The notes under the pieces: generated by a model | Told to the model about the DNA's origin: nothing | The model's input: only the letters and a program-made list of their open reading frames with translations | Database searches by the model: none | Position numbers and translations under genes: made by a program | NCBI GenBank assembly: GCA_963816145.1 | Contig: CAWFJP010000014.1 | Location: forward strand, 544,001 to 608,000 | DNA from: an uncultured delta proteobacterium | Lineage (GTDB): Bacteria > Desulfobacterota > Binatia > UBA9968 | Length of the DNA stretch: 64,000 nt | Reading direction: 5' to 3' | Shown here: positions 60,326-64,000 of the stretch, piece after piece | How the letters are laid out: each line of letters begins with the position of its first letter | Numbering within the stretch: the stretch's first letter is position 1

Positions 60326-60694
60326 ATGGCTTTTCGAATCAATCATCTTCATCTCAAGACGCCGGATCCCAAGAAGACCGCTGATTTCTACGTCGAGTAT
60401 ACCGGCGCGAAGATCGCCAAGGAGACCACTCGTCCCGACGGCGGCAAGAGCTACCGGCTCGACCTGCATGGAGTGGAACTCAACGTCACGCAGTTCCTCG
60501 AAGACCAGCAACTCGATCAGTTCATGGGTCTCGAACATGTCGCCATCGATACCAATAACTTCGACGGAGAAGTGAACAAAATCAAAGCGGCGGGAATCAA
60601 GATTCTCGAAGAACGCGTCCTGCCGGACGGGCGCAGAGTTTGTTTTTTCGAAGGGCCGCAGGGCGTGCGATTAGAGTTTCTAGAGTGGAAGTGA
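60326..60694 (+). CDS. VOC/glyoxalase family protein
   Basis: NHLHL...FY, GLEHVAI, FFEGPQGVRLE; AAGGAGG RBS. Confidence 0.9.
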   Translation: MAFRINHLHLKTPDPKKTADFYVEYTGAKIAKETTRPDGGKSYRLDLHGVELNVTQFLEDQQLDQFMGLEHVAIDTNNFDGEVNKIKAAGIKILEERVLPDGRRVCFFEGPQGVRLEFLEWK

Positions 60695-60796
60695 GGCGGA
60701 GTGGATTGGAGTAATGGCGCGCTTGAATGTTGGAGTAGTACGTCCGGATTCGGAGACCCACCACTTGACCACTCCAGCACTCCATTACTCCAATTC

Positions 60797-61867
60797 TTAT
60801 CTTTCCCGCAGTGCCTTTTCCAACGGTCCATTCTCCCTGAACGGTTCCGGCCAGCCGATGTACTCTTTGAAGTCGGGGCGGGCTTTGACGAGATCGAGGA
60901 TGACGTTTTGGATGCCTTTGTCGGGGACCGTGGGGTTGGACTTGAATATCTTGGCGTAGGCTTGGACCGTGCGTTTGGTGACCGCCTGGTCTTTTTCACG
61001 CATCCATTTGGCGAAGGATTTCTCGGCGAAGCGGTGATCTTTCTTGATCAGTTGAATTCCCGCGACGTAGGCGCGCAAAAAGTCTTCGGTCACCTTGGGT
61101 TCGGCGCGGATAAACGCCCGGCTGCTGGTGACGCAAGATGACGGGTACACTAGGTCGGTGGTGCTCAAATCGACGAGCACCGGCCAACCCTTCTGCAAGA
61201 AGGGCATGGCGTAGCGCGTGGTCAGCGCGGCGGCGGCGATGACGCCGCGTTCCAGTGCCAGCGCCATTTCGGGGCCGGCGCCCATTTGTAAGATCAACAT
61301 GTCTTTTTCCGGATTCAGTCCGACATGTTTGAGGGCGGCGCGCAGATAGAAATGCGTCGTCGAACCGTAGCGGGTCACCGCGCTCGATAGTCCTTTGAGT
61401 TCTTGGGGCGATTTAATTTCCGGCCGGGTGATCAGATAGACGGGATCGGTGTCGACCGGGCAGGCGAGCAGAATGACGTCACCGCCGGCGGCGCGTGCGG
61501 CGATGACTGATTCGGCGCCGGCGCCGGAGAACGGCAAGTTGCCGGTGATGATTGCCAGGGTAATCAACGAGCCGCCGCGGATTTGCACCGGCTCGACGTT
61601 CAAGCCCGCTTTCTCGAATAGACCGGCGTCCTTGGCGACCCATATCGGCATGTGTGACGGCGATGCTGTTGTGCCGTAAAGGATGCGGCGGAGTTCCTGG
61701 GCGTGAGTGCTTACGGGAACTAACAGCGCGACAATCAGCAGGCACAAAACAACGGTGAGGTTCCAGCAGCGCTTACCCTCACCCCCGCCCTCTCCCGCAA
61801 GCGGGCGAGGGGGTTGGATACGCAGAGCGCGAGTAAGTGATTTCCGGTGTACGTGCCTTAACAACAT
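60797..61867 (-). CDS. NitT/TauT-type substrate-binding protein (tandem paralog 3)
   Basis: WVAKDAGLF.K.GLNVEPVQIRGG; start overlaps upstream stop (TAATG). Confidence 0.9.
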   Translation of the reverse strand: MLLRHVHRKSLTRALRIQPPRPLAGEGGGEGKRCWNLTVVLCLLIVALLVPVSTHAQELRRILYGTTASPSHMPIWVAKDAGLFEKAGLNVEPVQIRGGSLITLAIITGNLPFSGAGAESVIAARAAGGDVILLACPVDTDPVYLITRPEIKSPQELKGLSSAVTRYGSTTHFYLRAALKHVGLNPEKDMLILQMGAGPEMALALERGVIAAAALTTRYAMPFLQKGWPVLVDLSTTDLVYPSSCVTSSRAFIRAEPKVTEDFLRAYVAGIQLIKKDHRFAEKSFAKWMREKDQAVTKRTVQAYAKIFKSNPTVPDKGIQNVILDLVKARPDFKEYIGWPEPFRENGPLEKALRER

Positions 61868-62955
61868 TATTTCGGCAGAGCGCGCTCCAATGGGCCGTTG
61901 TCGCGGAACAGTTCTGGGTGGCCGAGGAATTCTTTTGGAACTGGACGTTGATTGACCAGATCTTTAAGGATGTTTTCAATGCCCTTGTCCGGCACGTTGG
62001 GCACGGCTTTGAACAAACGGACGAAGGCTTCGACGGACTTTGACAAGTTCGGCGATTCTTTTTCCTTTATCCATTTGACCAAGGTCCGTTCGGCGAGCTT
62101 TGGATCTTTCCGGACTAGCTGCAGGGCGCTCACGTAGGCGTTGAGAAAAGCGTTGACGGTTCTGGGTTCGGCTTTGACGAAGGCGCGGGTGCTGGTCACA
62201 CAGGAGGAAGGATAGACCAGATCGGATTTGCTCAAGTCGGCATACACGGGCCAATTGCGTTGCATGAACGGCAGCGTGTCTTTTATGGTCAATGCGGCGG
62301 CAGCGATTCTGCCGCCTTCGAGCGCGCTGGAGATCTCCGCGCTGCCACCGAGCTGGAGCAGCGTCATCTCTTTATCGGAATCGATGCCGACCATGCGCAA
62401 CGCGGAGCGCAGGTAGAAATGGATCGACGAGTTGAGGCGCGTGACGCCGGCCGCCTTGCCCTTGAGTTCCGCCGCCGATTTAATCTCCGGGCGCGCAATC
62501 AGATAGACCGGTTCGAGATCGGCCGGACAGGCGAGCAAGACAATGTCGCCGCCCTCGACGCGCGCGGCCACCACCGATCCCGCACCGACCCCGGAGAGCA
62601 CGGCTTGGCCGCTCATGATCGTCATGGTGCTGAGCGCGCCGCCGCGAATCTGCACGGGTTCGACGTTCAAGCCGTTCTTGGCAAACAGGCCGGTGTCTTT
62701 GGCGACCCAGACTGGCAAGTGCGAGATCGAAGTGGACACGCCGTAAAGGATACGGCGGGGCTCTTGGGCATGGGTGGGTCGTGCAAACAATGTCAGACCG
62801 ATAAGAACGAGAAATATCACACTTGTGATTCTTGAAGTTCTCATGATCGGTTTCTCGGAGCCCTCATCCTTGCCCCTTCGGCTTCGCTCAGGGCAGGCCT
62901 GTCCCAACGGACGAGGGGATCGGATTTGAGTCAATGCAAAGTTCTTTTGTTTCAT
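61867..62955 (-). CDS. NitT/TauT-type substrate-binding protein (tandem paralog 2)
   Basis: Same motifs; ATGA overlap with upstream stop; alternative start ATG 62844. Confidence 0.9.
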   Translation of the reverse strand: MKQKNFALTQIRSPRPLGQACPERSRRGKDEGSEKPIMRTSRITSVIFLVLIGLTLFARPTHAQEPRRILYGVSTSISHLPVWVAKDTGLFAKNGLNVEPVQIRGGALSTMTIMSGQAVLSGVGAGSVVAARVEGGDIVLLACPADLEPVYLIARPEIKSAAELKGKAAGVTRLNSSIHFYLRSALRMVGIDSDKEMTLLQLGGSAEISSALEGGRIAAAALTIKDTLPFMQRNWPVYADLSKSDLVYPSSCVTSTRAFVKAEPRTVNAFLNAYVSALQLVRKDPKLAERTLVKWIKEKESPNLSKSVEAFVRLFKAVPNVPDKGIENILKDLVNQRPVPKEFLGHPELFRDNGPLERALPK

Positions 62956-63995
62956 TGGCGTGACAGCACTTTCTCTAATGGGCCGTTGTCGCGAAATAGT
63001 TCCGGCCGGCCGATAAATTCTTTGGCAACCGCGCGCCGGTTGGCGAGGTCTTTCATGACGGTCTCGATGCCTTTATCCGGCACGTAGGGCGCCAGCTTGA
63101 AAATCTTGCTGTAGGACTCAACGGTTTTCTTGATCAAGTACGGATCTTTTTCTCGGAGCCATTTTGCGAAGGTCTTTTCAGCGAACGCTGAATCCTTTTT
63201 GATCAGCTGGATCGCCGCGACGTAGGCGCGCAAGAAATCGTCCACCACTTTAGGTTCGGCTTTGACGAACGCTCGGCTGCTGGCGACACAGGAGGCCGGA
63301 TAGACGAGATCGGTCGTGCTCAAGTCGACGAACATCGGCCAGTTCTTTTGCATTAGTGGCAGCGCGTAACGAATCGTTAGCGCCGCCATGGCGATGCGGC
63401 CGTTCTCCAGCGCGGTCACAGACTCGGTGCCGGTACCGAGCTGGAGTATAGTCACGTCCTTTTCCGGATCGATGCCGACCTGGCGCAACGCCGCGCGCAA
63501 ATAAAAATGGGTGGTCGAGCCGAGCCTGGTGACCGCCGTGGCTTTGCCTTTCAGTTCCGCCGGCGATTTGGTGCCGGGACGGGCTATCAAATAGACCGGA
63601 TCGGAGTCAGCTGGACAGGCGAGCAGAACCACGTCGCCGCCTTCGATGCGCGCGGCGACGATGGATTCGGCGCCGGCGCCGGAGAACTGTAATTGGCCGC
63701 TCATGATGCCCATGGTGATCAAGGCGCCGCCGCGGATCTGCACCGGCTCGACGTTCAAGCCATTTTTAGCGAACAGGCCGGCGTCCTTGGCCACCCAGAT
63801 AGGCAGATGCGCGGTCGAAGTCGTCGTGCCGTAGTGGATGCGGCGCAGCTCCTGGGCCGCGCCGGGTCGGCATAGGACCAATACGACATATAGGACATAT
63901 GCCGCCCGTCGCCAGAGAATAACTTTTCGCCGCACGGCGTGCCTGTTACTTGCTAAAATATTTGGCCTCCGCGCCATCTTGATTGAAGGGGACAA
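62952..63995 (-). CDS. NitT/TauT-type substrate-binding protein (tandem paralog 1)
   Basis: Same motifs; exact start uncertain near the window edge. Confidence 0.88.
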   Translation of the reverse strand: MSPSIKMARRPNILASNRHAVRRKVILWRRAAYVLYVVLVLCRPGAAQELRRIHYGTTTSTAHLPIWVAKDAGLFAKNGLNVEPVQIRGGALITMGIMSGQLQFSGAGAESIVAARIEGGDVVLLACPADSDPVYLIARPGTKSPAELKGKATAVTRLGSTTHFYLRAALRQVGIDPEKDVTILQLGTGTESVTALENGRIAMAALTIRYALPLMQKNWPMFVDLSTTDLVYPASCVASSRAFVKAEPKVVDDFLRAYVAAIQLIKKDSAFAEKTFAKWLREKDPYLIKKTVESYSKIFKLAPYVPDKGIETVMKDLANRRAVAKEFIGRPELFRDNGPLEKVLSRQ

Positions 63996-64000
63996 ACTTG

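Noticed and set aside
1-64000. tRNA, rRNA or known riboswitch genes
   Set aside because: No cloverleaf, rRNA-like segment or riboswitch consensus recognised by eye; an Infernal/tRNAscan run would be needed to exclude them

Overview
A 64-kb GC-rich bacterial chromosomal segment. Its gene content and dense intergenic REP-like and short periodic repeats resemble Candidatus Binatia/Binatota (inference). The backbone is small-molecule scavenging and catabolism: many orphan solute-binding proteins, amidohydrolases, a NahE-like aldolase, MmgE/PrpD, MFS/EamA transporters, a molybdoenzyme and creatininase. Five accessory islets interrupt it. (i) A glycosyltransferase/IS5 islet sits between ~330-bp diverged direct repeats (6.45-11.09 kb). 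(ii) A 13-24 kb region carries a putative sigma-54-driven TIGR03032 + CSLREA/DUF4214 surface-protein operon, an IS200 and an SBP-SBP-kinase-sigma54 regulator module. (iii) A two-caspase locus, one fused to an alpha/beta hydrolase, is followed by a lipoprotein + lysozyme pair and a duplicated caspase 3' end. (iv) modAB lacks modC, and an RluA/BrnTA block has an AAG at the expected toxin start codon. (v) A 1.5-kb integrase-less integron cassette array (attI-like site, two cassettes, one intact and one broken attC) is bracketed by 16-bp inverted repeats. Also present are a ~13% GC patch at 211-395 and a (GGAGAAT)~23 tandem repeat. Many genes carry single-base frameshifts that look like long-read consensus errors. 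No rRNA, tRNA or CRISPR array was recognised. All product calls come from motif recognition by eye, not database searches.
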